Assembly: GCF_009914755.1 (NCBI RefSeq)
Contig: NC_060928.1
Direction: 5' to 3' (one strand)
Origin: the human T2T-CHM13v2.0 reference genome, Homo sapiens
DNA: 64,000 nucleotides
Shown here: in pieces, positions 45,414 through 63,345 of the stretch
Position numbering within the stretch: the first letter of the stretch is position 1
Layout: each line of letters opens with the position of its first letter
Program-made: the position numbers and the translations under genes
The notes under the pieces: model-generated
The model's input: only the letters and a program-made list of their open reading frames with translations
What the model was told of the DNA's origin: nothing
The model's database searches: none

Positions 45414-45679
45414 ATTTCCTAACAAAGTTGATCTGAGGTTAGAGATAACAGCTACTAAGTGATCAATGACTAACACAGTGCCCAATACAAAAACATAGAT
45501 AATAAACAAAGCTGTTATTTTATTATTGTTCAGTTTGCTTCCTTACTGAGATGAATTTTTCCCTCTCTCCCATAGTGTTCTATGAAATTTGAGAAAACTT
45601 AATTTTTGGCTAATTTTTCTATATGGTATATATAAAAATATGTTAAAACATACTTTTTAAATCTATGGTGTATTTGTAG

Positions 45680-45786
45680 GGATTTTGCAGATACCTGGAA
45701 AAACAATTCAGTGACTTAAAGCAGAAAGGCATCGTGATCAGTTTTGACGCCCGAGCTCATCCATCCAGTGGGGGTAGCAGCAGAAG
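45680..45786 (+). CDS. PGM2: PGM2 exon 3
   Basis: TTGTAG|; GFCRYLEKQFSDLKQKGIVISFDARAHPSSGGSSR; AG|GTATT. Confidence 0.95.
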
Positions 45787-46374
45787 GTATTTAAACATTT
45801 TTACAAAATGATGTTTTTATAATTTATTTTGCAGTTTTATTTTAATCACCATCTCAATAACTTGACTTTAATATATTCATTAGCCTCATTGCTTAACTGT
45901 AAAAACAATGGGTAAATTCTCTTGGCAACTTTTAAAGATTCTGGTTTTACATTAGGTTAAGGAAATAAAATTATTTAGACAATTTAGAATGTAATACCTA
46001 GCTAAAAGAAAGAAATTTCTTAAACTGGCAATATTATTTTTCCCTCTCATTTGCCTTTTTATACATAATTTTTACCCTGCTATTCATAAACCTCATGACC
46101 CCCTTCCCTCTCTTGAACGCCCACGTCAAGCTGCATTTCTGAAACATTCTCAAACCAATGGGACTCTCTTATGTAGCTGAAGGCATATGATGCTGATGGT
46201 GACAATGATAATAGTAATAGCAGCAATCATTTGAGTGCTGATTATGAACCAGACACTTATGTATTTACTCATTCTATCCTCACAGCAACGTGTAAGGTAT
46301 GTACTTTTATCTCTTTACCCTGAGATTATAATGTGAAAGGAGGAGTCGCAATTTAAGCCTAAGGACACTAGTAC

Positions 46375-46569
46375 CAGGGGTCAGCAAACTTTTTCTCTAA
46401 AGGGCAAATAGTGGATATCATACACATTGCATATCACATGATTCCCATCACCACTACTCACCTCTCCCATGAAGCAGAGAAACATCCATCGACAATGCAT
46501 AAACACAGGAGCATGGCAGTGTTCCAGTAAAACTTTACTTACAAAATGGGCTGTAGTTACCAACCCCTG
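46375..46569. mobile_element. MER58A
   Basis: CAGGGGTCAGCAAACTTTTTCT...GTTACCAACCCCTG terminal inverted repeats. Confidence 0.8.
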
Positions 46570-48039
46570 CCCGTAACCATGTTACATAACCCTCTTTTTT
46601 ACTTGAACACTTCCTCTGTTATGATGAATTTTTAATCATTCTAGAGTATCAGTATTAGTAGTAGCTTAGAATTACACATATTGAATATTAATGAAAAGTC
46701 TTATTAGCTTTACAGAGCTGGATGAGTTTATAGAGTCCTATCTTTGCCCATCAGGAGCTTCCAATCTAAGACAGAAGCACTCGTGGGGACAAACGTGTGG
46801 CCGTGAGGAAGGGTGCATAGCCGGGGAAAATCACCCGGTGGCATCAGCCCCAGGTTCAACTCAGGAGGGCATAAGATTTTTAGTCTTTAGCTTTGCAGCT
46901 CAAAAATGTGCTTTTTGTCAATAAAGCAAGAGAAAAGTTATAGCTCTGGGGGATAGATGCACATGAACTACATTCACAAGAGAATGATGTGGTATAAACC
47001 AGCATATCAGCTTGTCATTTACAGTTAGTGGATGTACAATCAGAACTAAATCGTGACCGTGTTCCTCTGCCGCCCCAGGGCAAGTCAGATCCTTTGCTCA
47101 GAGCATGCAAAGTGCACGTATGTGGCTAAGTCTGTCTGCTGAGCTGCGTAAATTTCTTCATTTTGGGCTGACTGCCCTGCTTCTGGTTGATACAACCTTC
47201 AGAGATATGTTAACATTATCAATTAAGGTACAGATTTTTTTGCCCTGGCCTTGGAGCCGTATCATTTCCTTAAAGTGAGTGATGTTACTGATTTAAGCTT
47301 ATGGTTCAAGTCTCAGAGTTTGATGGGATGGGATGGAGTGGAACTCAAGGCTACTCTCTATCACCTGTAACGCGTGAGACATTTAGAGATCATAATGTAA
47401 GTGTTTAACCAACACATGGTAAAATATTCATGATGAGTGAATGGAATCTTCGTAAGGAGTTGGAAACTATTGCAGTTTCTGAATTTCGCCCGAGGAGATG
47501 TTTATCCTTTAATCTTCCAATTTTAAATATCTGGTGGGGAACGTAAGCAGTAACTGTTAAGTATATGCAGAGAACGCATTGCATTTTTTTGTGCACATTT
47601 GTAACAGAGAGAGAGAGTGGCGATCTGCTCTTTGTGCCCCAGCCAGCCTTCAGAATAGTGTCGGCGAAGCTAGTGCCCAAGAAGTATTTGGGGAGAGTAA
47701 GAATGATCTGATTGTTTAACTCACAGGGGTGGTATAATGTTGTTCATTCTAAGTAAATCGCTCATTTATTTGTGGTAACGTATTTTACACCAGCTTGAAG
47801 GAAGATTTGATGCCATTTTCTGCGTCTTACCCTAAGCAAGTTTCTGTGGAAGTTGAGAAAAATGTCAAAGAATTAAGTTTTCTTTCAAAGGCTGATTGGA
47901 ACCAAGATGTATATATGTGTATGGGTGTGTGTGTGTGTGTGTGTATACACACATGCGTACTCCAGGATGTCTTTATATTTCAAATAAAGCAATCTCTAAT
48001 CAAATTCCAGTCTGTGTGGTGTACGCTGGATTGTGATAG

Positions 48040-48276
48040 GCTTAGGCTGGGATTTTCAGCCTCTGCACTGTTGACATGTGACTGCACAGTGGCTGGATGA
48101 TCTTTTGTTGTGGTTGTAGGGTACATTGTAAGGTGTTCAGCAGCACCCCTGACCTCTCCCTACTAGCTGCCAGTAGCAACTCTCTCCATTTCCCAGCATG
48201 ACAAGCAAAAATGTTTCGAGACATTTCAGATGCCTGGAAGGAGAAGGTGCAGACTTGCCCTGGCTGAGAACCACTG
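48040..48276. mobile_element. MER20-like hAT element
   Basis: CATTGTAAGGTGTTCAGCAGCACCCCTGACCTCT...AAAAATGTTTCGAGACATT...GCTGAGAACCACTG. Confidence 0.78.
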
Positions 48277-48590
48277 AGATAGACAGAGAGCTGAAAGGCC
48301 AGGAAGCAGCCTGGCTCTGCCACTAAGTGGCTGTTAGAACCGGGGAAAGGGGCCTGACCTTTCTTGGCTTTAGTGCCATTTCTATAAAACAAAAGAGTGA
48401 AATGAGATGACTCCTGAGAGTCCTCCAGCTTTACTGTCCCATGCCAGGGTAAAGATTATAATAAATGCTGTCCTTGATCTGGATGCTGCATTCACCCTAA
48501 AGAACATTCAGCATTCATTTCCTTCTTTCCATCACTCACAGTCCTGATCACTCAACTCTCCTTTTCTTCCCTGTCACTCTGCATTCTCAG

Positions 48591-48675
48591 GTTTGCCCGA
48601 CTTGCTGCAACCACATTTATCAGTCAGGGGATTCCTGTGTACCTCTTTTCTGATATAACGCCAACCCCCTTTGTG
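48591..48675 (+). CDS. PGM2: PGM2 exon 4
   Basis: TCTCAG|; FARLAATTFISQGIPVYLFSDITPTPFV; GTG|GTAAGT. Confidence 0.96.
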
Positions 48676-48775
48676 GTAAGTAGCCATTTCCTTTCATAAT
48701 TTCCTGTCACATGATCAGGGATGGGACTTGGCTGAATTTTATAGTCTTTAGGGCTATTGGGATTGGACTGTTTGA

Positions 48776-50513
<1,738 letters not shown>

Positions 50514-50909
50514 TGAGAAAGGAGGAGAGGGAGAAGCAGTTGGAGGGAGTAAACTGAATCCACAAACTTCTGTCTCAGGTAGAAGCATTGAAAGCATTGG
50601 AATGGAGGCTTAGACCATCGTTGTGTTTGAAGAATTTTCTAGCTCTACCAAGTAGAAGATGGAATGAGAAGGCACTGAGGAAATTACTCACCTTTCTTAT
50701 TAGGAAATACATCCTGGAATTATGAGCAGCCAGTTAATTCTAAGGGTAATTGCATACTGCTGGGGTGTGGCTCAAAAATATTATGCTATTTATATATTAT
50801 GTTTATTAAAAGGGAGCAAGTTGGCATGAACAGTATAAAATAGACATTTTAAGAATATCTGGTTATTTTCGTTAAAAACTGTTTGTTCTTGTTTCCTGCT
50901 ATGTTACAG

Positions 50910-50993
50910 CCCTTCACAGTATCACATTTGAAACTTTGTGCTGGAATCATGATAACTGCATCTCACAATCCAAAGCAGGATAATGGTTATAAG
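50910..50993 (+). CDS. PGM2: PGM2 exon 5 (catalytic phosphoserine loop)
   Basis: PFTVSHLKLCAGIMITASHNPKQDNGYK; the TASHNP serine is codon 165 of the joined ORF. Confidence 0.97.
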
Positions 50994-51127
50994 GTATTTT
51001 CCTTTTTCTACTCCACACGTACATCCTTCTGTAGGAATCCTGTATCTGTAATTTTTGGGACCATAGGTAATAGGTGCCTTATTTCCATTAACTGTAAACC
51101 TTCTGAATGTGTTCCTGGGTCCTCTAG

Positions 51128-51321
51128 GTCTATTGGGATAATGGAGCTCAGATCATTTCTCCTCACGATAAAGGGATTTCTCAAGCTATTGAAGAAAATC
51201 TAGAACCGTGGCCTCAAGCTTGGGACGATTCTTTAATTGATAGCAGTCCACTTCTCCACAATCCGAGTGCTTCCATCAATAATGACTACTTTGAAGACCT
51301 TAAAAAGTACTGTTTCCACAG
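51128..51321 (+). CDS. PGM2: PGM2 exon 6
   Basis: CTCTAG|; VYWDNGAQIISPHDKG...EDLKKYCFH; AG|GTAAAT. Confidence 0.96.
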
Positions 51322-51435
51322 GTAAATGAATTGTGTCTTCACTGACCTTAAGTGAGTTAATGTGATTCAGCCAAATTCTATTAGTGTTTGTGAAGTTTTT
51401 CTCTTTAATTTGCTCATGTACTACAGCTGCATCTG

Positions 51436-51960
<525 letters not shown>

Positions 51961-51971
51961 GTTATAGATTC

Positions 51972-52009
51972 CATACATGTATGTGATTCATACATATTCA
52001 TACATGTAA

Positions 52010-52043
<34 letters not shown>

Positions 52044-52131
52044 GTATGTTTTTAAAACTTGCTCAAAAGTCTTGAATAGCAAACACTGGTATTTTTCTAT
52101 CTTTCCAAAAATTTTCTGTGCATATGCAAGC

Positions 52132-52195
<64 letters not shown>

Positions 52196-52236
52196 TTGTA
52201 TATGTATAATATACTTCAAAACCATAAATAGGAATA

Positions 52237-52268
<32 letters not shown>
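51972..52268. repeat. Complex (TG)n/(TA)n microsatellite cluster
   Basis: Includes ~24 TA units at 52133-52180 and (TG)n at 52238-52268. Confidence 0.93.
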
Positions 52269-52269
<1 letters not shown>

Positions 52270-53738
52270 TTTGTTCTGTGCACTTTTCCCCCCAATTAAT
52301 TTGTCATGGACACCTTCCTGTGTTAGTCCCTATTAGTCCTGACTTTCTGTCTTAAAGGCTGCTGCACCGGTGTATTTAACTCAGTGACACAGACTCAGTC
52401 CTTACCATCAGGTAGGAAGAGGTGTAGCAGAGTGACAGTAGTGTCTGCTTGAGTATGCTGTAGGTCCCACCCCTCCTGATTGTCCCCCTAGCAAGAAACC
52501 ACTGATTCAAAGAAACTGAACTTGTAGGTTTGTCTTTGATACTGTATTTGTTGGATCAGCTGATGGTGCCCACTCCAGTGCAGAGTATGAAAGCCCAGTC
52601 CTGCCTGAAGGGAGCAGCCGTGCCAGCTGAGTGTTGCCCACATGAAAATATAGGTCCCAGTTGCCAGATCATCTGAGTTCTCCTCTTCCCAAAATAACTG
52701 GAAACCTGGATTTTGTGTGTGAAATCTCCTAATTCCTACGTGTTGGACCATTTTTTCCAATGGTGTGTAGTCCAGACAAAATACGTCTGTGAACTTTCCC
52801 TCTGCCCCTCTGATTTAACTTCACGAAGAATGAGGCATTTCTGCTTTTCCACTCCAGGTAGCTTGGGAGTTAACTCCCCTTGTGCACAGTTGCTTGAGTA
52901 TGTGTGTGGGTGTGTGCGCGCGTGCATGCACGTGCATGTGTGTGCGCATGTGTATCCGTAAGGTAACTTTCTGGCATCAAAATTGTATGTGCATTCACAA
53001 AGTTGATAGTGCTTAGCAAATTGACCTCCAAAAATATACCAGTTGGTGCTCCCACCAACAGTAGATGTTGACAGCATATGATACCTACATTTCCTCCTGC
53101 TCTGTGATCCAATTTCTCATTTTTCCTGATTTGCTAGTTGAAAGTAATAGCTCACTTTTATTTGTATTCTTTAATTAACCTATATTTTCTATGTGTTTGT
53201 TCACCTTTTATATTTATAAACATCTTTGTTTATAATATATATACATATATACATATTATATATACATATATGCATATACTATATATATAAAATATATTTT
53301 TTAGATGTTTTCTGTTGTCTTTGGAATTTTCTATTGAAACTGTTTGCTGAACTGTTTAAAAATCTGTATAATATTTATTAGTCTTATTTTATAGCTTCTG
53401 GGTTTTATGTCATGCTTAGGAAGACATGCTCTATAGCAAAATTATTAAAGTAATAGCAAAATATTTCCCTTGTTCTTTCTCTAGAACTATCATGTTTGTG
53501 TTTTATAATATTTAAATCTTTTGTTTCATTAGTGATTTTTAATTTTATATGGGGCATGAAGTAGGAAAGCAGATTAGATTTTTTTCTAAAAGGTTTGCAG
53601 TTGTACCAACATCAATGGAAGAATCTTTCTTTTTTTTCTTTTTTGACTAATTGGAAAGGTCACCTTTATGCAACAATTTCTAACATTAATCAAGTGCTTA
53701 TTATATATCAGATAACTGCTGGAGGCCCTTCACATGTC

Positions 53739-54953
<1,215 letters not shown>

Positions 54954-55443
54954 AAAAGTTTTATTTTTTATATCTTTATGTATGGGATAACCCAACACAT
55001 TTTGTTAAAAAGGACATTTTGAAAATCATTTCTGAAGCTGATAAAAGACATTTGGGAACCTGTCGCTTTGGGGATGTGTGGGTGTGTGGAGCCCTGGAAC
55101 TGTCCCGGGCTGGCTGTAGCACTGTCAGGGCACCTGTCAGGCCAGCAGTGAGTCTCGTGTGGGAACATGAGCTTGAGGTTCTTCTTTGTATCTCACTCTA
55201 GATGGGATGCATAAAACAAAACCTGAAATAATCAGATTTGCTGAAAATAACTACAGAGTAGAATTTAAAACTTGAGTATGTTGAGGGAAGGAATATATAT
55301 ATCTGGGAGAGAATGGATACGTTTTGTTTTTCTGAAATGGAATTAGAAAGATGTTCAGTTGTCTTGTGCATTCTTGCAAACCTTGCAGTTTTGAGAGCCC
55401 TGTTTCTGCCTTGTATCATTTTCCACTGTGTATCTGATTCTAG

Positions 55444-55633
55444 GAGCGTGAACAGGGAGACAAAGGTGAAGTTTGTGCACACCTCTGTCCATGGGGTGGG
55501 TCATAGCTTTGTGCAGTCAGCTTTCAAGGCTTTTGACCTTGTTCCTCCTGAGGCTGTTCCTGAACAGAAAGATCCGGATCCTGAGTTTCCAACAGTGAAA
55601 TACCCGAATCCCGAAGAGGGGAAAGGTGTCTTG
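55444..55633 (+). CDS. PGM2: PGM2 exon 7
   Basis: SVNRETKVKFVHTSVHGVG...PDPEFPTVKYPNPEEGKGVL; |GTAAC. Confidence 0.97.
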
Positions 55634-55765
55634 GTAACCTAATTTTTTTTTAAATTATGAAATCTGCTTTTATATTCAAAACTATTACTGTCAAGTAAAA
55701 TACATTTTTATGTGTTTTCATTGTGCTGAAGAAAAACTAATTTCAGCATGGAAATATGTATGTTT

Positions 55766-56080
55766 GGCTGGGTGCAGCGTCTCATGTCTGTAATCCCAGC
55801 ACTTTGGGAGACCAAGGCAGGCAGATCACTTGAGGTCAGGTGTTCGAGAACAGCCTGGCCAACATGGCAAAACCCTGTCTCTACTAAAAATACAAAAATT
55901 AGCTGGGTGTGGTGGTACATGCCTGTAATCCCAGCCACTTGGGAGGCTGAGGCGCTAGAATTGTTTGAACCTGAGAGATGGAGGTTGCAGTGAGCTGAGA
56001 TTGCACCACTGCACTCCAGCCTGGGTGACAGGGTGACAGAGCGAGACTTTGTCTCAAAAAAAAAAAAAAAAAAAACAAGA
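55766..56080 (+). mobile_element. AluS (intron 7)
   Basis: Sense Alu dimer. Confidence 0.92.
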
Positions 56081-56712
56081 AGTATGTATATTTGTTAGTC
56101 ATTAATTTCTTAAAGGATCTTTCAAATTAAACACCCCAGGATCAGGATATGAGAACTGAGCTCTAAATGGTGCTTCAAATTCAGTTAATTTAATTTAATT
56201 TAATTTGCCGTGTCTCCTTAATGCCAAAAAGAAGCAGTAATAGAGTGAAACTTTAGCAGGTTATGATTTTTATTTCTTGTCATTTTTCTGATATGAAGTG
56301 TTGCTTACATTATGGTTTCTGTAACATTTTTAAAGGTTGGGGTAGCAGTGGCATTCAGAGAATCAGTTTATTTTGTTTTATTTGTGAGGCTGATCACACA
56401 GCAATGCCCCGAAATACCAGTCCAACCACAGACCTACTGGCGCATGTGCAGCAGGCACACTGGTAGGCTTGGGTCACACACCGATGCTCCCATTATCTGA
56501 CCTCTGACTTAGGAAGATACTATGTGACCAACCAAGACCAGCTGCAGCTTTTGTTTGCTAAATTTCACTTCTGGAGCTGTCTTGGTTGGTCCTATATTAT
56601 CTTTCTAAGAGGGGAAAGACCTCTTGAGTTCTTAAGGAACTGAATGTTTTTAAAGACTATCATATGCTCGATTCTTGATTAAATAATCTTTTATTTTCAT
56701 ATTCTTCTTCAG

Positions 56713-56810
56713 ACTTTGTCTTTTGCTTTGGCTGACAAAACCAAGGCCAGAATTGTTTTAGCTAACGACCCGGATGCTGATAGACTTGCTGTGGCAGAAA
56801 AGCAAGACAG
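56713..56810 (+). CDS. PGM2: PGM2 exon 8 (metal-binding loop)
   Basis: TLSFALADKTKARIVLANDPDADRLAVAEKQD; DPDADR Mg2+ motif of alpha-D-phosphohexomutases. Confidence 0.97.
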
Positions 56811-58010
56811 GTAAAATTAATTGTGATTACCTATATTATAGAACATATAAAGGATGATCTCTTCATTGGTAAAATGTTTCTGGGGAGACGGGACCTATTT
56901 GGAAACATTTCCCATTTATTTTGCAAATGATCATTTCACTGAACCTCCTGTAGAGTCTTCTAATGGAGAGCAAGATAGAGATCTAGTGTGGGGGGAGGTT
57001 ACGTGATTGGCAAGCATAATGCAGAGTAAATCAACCCAGTATATATTTCAAATTGAAACTCCTATTTGGGAACTTCTCATTTTGTAATTGATCTTTTTAT
57101 AAGTAATGTCTCAGTGTCTAATGAGGGTAAAGCACTTTGGTGCTAGCTGTATGCTTCAGTATTTGCTGAGGGGTTTAGGAGGGAGCAGTACCTTCAAGGA
57201 GATGCTGAATTTAGTTTGGACAGACCAGGGAGGAATTCCTGTGGGGTATCGGCACAGTGTTTAAGACAAGTCTGACCAGAGAGTTTGTACAAAGGAGAAG
57301 TAAGTACGTGGGGCTAAAGTTGAAAGGTAGGCAGGGCCCAAGCAATTTTGGGCGTCAGGTAGCCTATGTGATGTTTTGGGGGCAGGAGGGTGCTGCTGCT
57401 GAAATGGTAGGGTTTTCAGATTGTGATAAAACAGGTTCCATTCTATATCAGTGTTGAGAAAGTTAAGCTAAGATGATACGTCCTGATAGGTGAGATTTAC
57501 TTCTAGCCATCTGGACTGCCAAGAGAAGCAGAAATTACACATCTTTTCTCTGATGTTCTGACCATTTAGGACTGAGCTTGATCTTAAGGGGTACTGAGCT
57601 GTCCCCTCTCAGAATCAGCAATACTGACCAGTCCAGAAATTGAGATAGCAAAACTTACTCTATATATGGGGGATCTTGCCAGCATATTTGTTATATTTAA
57701 AACCAAAGGCTTTGCCAAAGATTAATATAGAGCCATTGTGTGTCATGTGTGACATACTTATTTTATACAGTCTTCAAAGACAGGATGTCTGTTCAGGCAA
57801 ACTGGCTGATATATATGGTAGCTGCTCAGATGTTTGTAAAATGGCAGTTACATTTCTGACCAGTTATTTAAAGATGATGAATAACAAGAACAGCCTTGCA
57901 GAAAATACTTAGATGCTTTGTTTGCTAAATTGTTTTATCCCCATGACACTTTAGAGTCTTCCTTAAGATTATGGAAATGAATGGTGGTTGTTGTTTTTTT
58001 TTTCTTTCAG

Positions 58011-58191
58011 TGGTGAATGGAGGGTGTTTTCAGGCAATGAGTTGGGGGCCCTCCTGGGCTGGTGGCTTTTTACATCTTGGAAAGAGAAGAACCAGGATCG
58101 CAGTGCTCTCAAAGACACGTACATGTTGTCCAGCACCGTCTCCTCCAAAATCTTGCGGGCCATTGCCTTAAAGGAAGGTTTTCATTTTGAG
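58011..58191 (+). CDS. PGM2: PGM2 exon 9
   Basis: GEWRVFSGNELGALLGWW...SSTVSSKILRAIALKEGFHFE; GAG|GTAGG. Confidence 0.97.
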
Positions 58192-58281
58192 GTAGGGTGT
58201 TTCTGGGACTCACTCATTTTCCTTTCATCTGCTCTGTAGAAGATCTAAGGCATGTCTTTCTCTTTTGGATTATCCCTTTAG

Positions 58282-58375
58282 GAAACATTAACTGGCTTTA
58301 AGTGGATGGGAAACAGAGCCAAACAGCTAATAGACCAGGGGAAAACTGTTTTATTTGCATTTGAAGAAGCTATTG
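58282..58375 (+). CDS. PGM2: PGM2 exon 10
   Basis: ETLTGFKWMGNRAKQLIDQGKTVLFAFEEAI (TGFK and FEEAIG sugar-binding motifs); G|GTAAG. Confidence 0.97.
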
Positions 58376-59601
58376 GTAAGAAGTGATCATGAACATTAAG
58401 GAATTGGCTGCAAGGCAAAAGGAAAAGGTTTGGATTGGGATTCAAAGATCCACAGTGAAACACGGTTTATTTTGCCTCTCCAGCACTCAGGTTGAATGTC
58501 GAACTGTCCTACTCCAAAATTGACATCTCAGATGATTTACAGCCAAAAGGAATGTCTTAAAAACAACTAAGTCATTCATGTCAGAATCCTTTGCCTGGAT
58601 GACTCAAAACAGTGACATTGTATGCTTGGCTGCCGGTACATGTATTTTGGGAGTTGTGATGTTTCCTCCACTGTGGTGGTTAATATCCAGGCCTAAACAC
58701 TGTGGTATTTAATGTCCCTCCTCCTCCAAAAGTGCTAATGAGGATCTATGCTACGGTCTAGCCAGAGGAAAGGAGAAGGAAGGCATGGTTTGCTGCTGTC
58801 ATCAGAATGATACTCACCCAAAAGGATGACCCAGGTCCAGCCAGAATGACAGAAAAACCCTTGTCCTAAACTGTCAATATAAATGAACAGAAAGGAGAAC
58901 TAGCTATAGAAATTTGAAACTCACATTGTACCAAACGCTTTTAGCTATTAATTTAGTAAAAACTATTATGCATTAGATTTATTTATATTCATTTGTATAT
59001 TCTCTGCAACACTAACACATGATTTAACTAATCAAAGCATAATCGCTCAGGTTCTGCTCTTTTATTGTCAGATTTGGCAGACTTGTCTTTCCGTAGCTTT
59101 TTATTTTAAGAAAGATTTTCTTTCATTTATCAAGTATTAATTGCATGTCTATTACTCAGTGACTCTAAAAGAAATGGATGGCACTGACCTTAGCCTACAG
59201 CAGCTTAGATAGATTTAGTTAAGTAATCACACACAAGAGTAGAGGCCAGATGTCAAAATGAATAATGTAACTAACAAATACTATTGGGATTCAGAGAAGA
59301 AAGAGATATGTATTGACTAGGACAATTAGAAACAATTTCATGAGCTGGAAGGAGTTTCATGACTCTAGTGATTGAGCACCATGTGGCCAGGAGGGAAAAT
59401 CTTGCAGGTTCTTCAGCAAATACTTCTTGAAGGCCTGCTATGGGCTAGGCACTGGGCTAAATTCCTAAACATAAGGTATTAATGAGAAATGTGCATACAC
59501 GCAACACTGTACAACCTCTAATATGCAATAGCCAGGATTCATACTCATATGTGGTTTGACACAGTATTGTATAGATGTATGTATGACGTGTGTTTCTGCA
59601 G

Positions 59602-59731
59602 GATACATGTGCTGCCCTTTTGTTCTGGACAAAGATGGAGTCAGTGCCGCTGTCATAAGTGCAGAGTTGGCTAGCTTCCTAGCAACCAAGAATTTGTCTT
59701 TGTCTCAGCAACTAAAGGCCATTTATGTGGA
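59602..59731 (+). CDS. PGM2: PGM2 exon 11
   Basis: YMCCPFVLDKDGVSAAVISAELASFLATKNLSLSQQLKAIYV; GA|GTAAGT. Confidence 0.96.
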
Positions 59732-59785
59732 GTAAGTTGTTATTGACTCTGTTGGATTGAAATAATATTTTGAAATGTTCTATTA

Positions 59786-61167
<1,382 letters not shown>

Positions 61168-61263
61168 ATATTTATTTTAGAATACACTGGTTGGTACATG
61201 TTCTGTGTCCACCCTACAAAATTATTTGTTCCTCATGTGCATGAATTTGTATTTGTTTGATAG

Positions 61264-61453
61264 GTATGGCTACCATATTACTAAAGCTTCCTATTTTATC
61301 TGCCATGATCAAGAAACCATTAAGAAATTATTTGAAAACCTCAGAAACTACGATGGAAAAAATAATTATCCAAAAGCTTGTGGCAAATTTGAAATTTCTG
61401 CCATTAGGGACCTTACAACTGGCTATGATGATAGCCAACCTGATAAAAAAGCT
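61264..61453 (+). CDS. PGM2: PGM2 exon 12 (gene continues beyond the window)
   Basis: YGYHITKASYFICHDQETIKKLFENLR...IRDLTTGYDDSQPDKKA; GCT|GTAAGT; exons 1-12 total 1602 nt = 534 codons with no stop. Confidence 0.96.
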
Positions 61454-61522
61454 GTAAGTAATGTCTTCTCTTTTCAACTAACCTCTTTTCTATTTACCTT
61501 TTAAAATAATTTGAATAAATTA

Positions 61523-62092
<570 letters not shown>

Positions 62093-62264
62093 GGAACTAG
62101 TCATCAAAGCCTGTGTGGTCATTTCGCACCTTAGGCAATAAGTGATCAGAAGTGTGGAACCTGTCTGTGGACACAGAGCTTAGTTGGTGGTGGTCCAGGG
62201 AGAATCTGGGTTTTCTATCTCAGGATCCAGCATTCTCTCCCTGTCAGGAGTTCTCACACTTGCA

Positions 62265-62421
62265 GGAGCATCAGTAACCAAGAAGGCTGGGGAAACAGAG
62301 TGCTGGAGCCCACACCTGGACTTTCCGATTCAGTAGGTCTGGGGTAGGAGCCAAAAATGTTCATTTCTAACAAGGTCCCAGGTGGTACTGATGCAACTGG
62401 TCCTCACTTTGAGAACCACTG
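62265..62421. mobile_element. MER5A-like hAT element
   Basis: GATTCAGTAGGTCTGGGGTAGG...CATTTCTAACAAG...CACTTTGAGAACCACTG. Confidence 0.8.
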
Positions 62422-63033
62422 TTTGTTTTCTAGTTAGTGTACTCTGTTCTCTGAGTGTATTGGAGCTGTTGGCTGTAAAGCCTGAGTTTGCATTCTTTAC
62501 ACCAAGCAGATCTTTCACTGGAGACAAAAGAAGACACAAAGGTAGCAGAAGAGTGTTGCTTTCTATGTTGGGGTTGGGGGAGGAAAGTTAAGAATATCCT
62601 TATGAGATGTTAGGCACGTTCTTTGATATTTTCTTTGTTCTATTTTTCATTTTCATCTGCACACAGCATATTTTTAAAATAGAAATAGTATGAAAACGCT
62701 TACGATGAAACGTGGCAGTCCCACCCCTGCCACCTCATTGCCATGTCACCAAGACTAGATTTGTAAATCATGTGCTCATATAGTGATGTTTTGATATACC
62801 AGTTTTACAATTTGTTGACTTTCTATTTTTGAGATAAAGATTTAGTTCTTACGCTTTCTACATTCAATAATTCTCTTCTCCCCATCCTCACAGTACGTTT
62901 ATGCCACAGCTTTTGGTTAAATCAGATTCCGTGCTTTTGTTATTATGACTAGTAACTGCTGTTGCCTGCTAGCTAAGTAGTGTATTTTGATTAGGTTTCC
63001 CTAATTTGTATAGAGAATTGTATTTCCTGTACC

Positions 63034-63345
63034 TTTTGTTTGTTTGTTTTCTTTTTTTTTGGAGACAGGGTCTTGCTGTGTGACTTAGTCACTTAGGCTG
63101 GAGTGAATGGCATGATCACAGCTCCCTGTAGCTTTGACCTCCCAGGTTCAAGTGATCCTCCCACCTCACCCTCCTGAGTAGCTAGGACCAAGGGTATGCC
63201 ATCATGCCCAGCTCTTTTTTTTTTTTTTTTTTTTTTTTTTGGAGGGACGAGTCTCTCCCTAGGTTTCCCAGGCAGGTCTCAAGTGATCCTCCTGCCTTAG
63301 CCTCCCAAAGTACTGGGATTACAGGCGTAAGCTACTGCGCCTGCC
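63034..63345 (-). mobile_element. Degenerate antisense AluJ within L1M remnants
   Basis: Antisense Alu with an internal deletion; flanking T-rich L1 motifs. Confidence 0.75.

Noticed and set aside
47440-47482. Possible C/D snoRNA (ATGATGA ... CTGA)
   Set aside because: Boxes are only ~40 nt apart and there is no terminal stem
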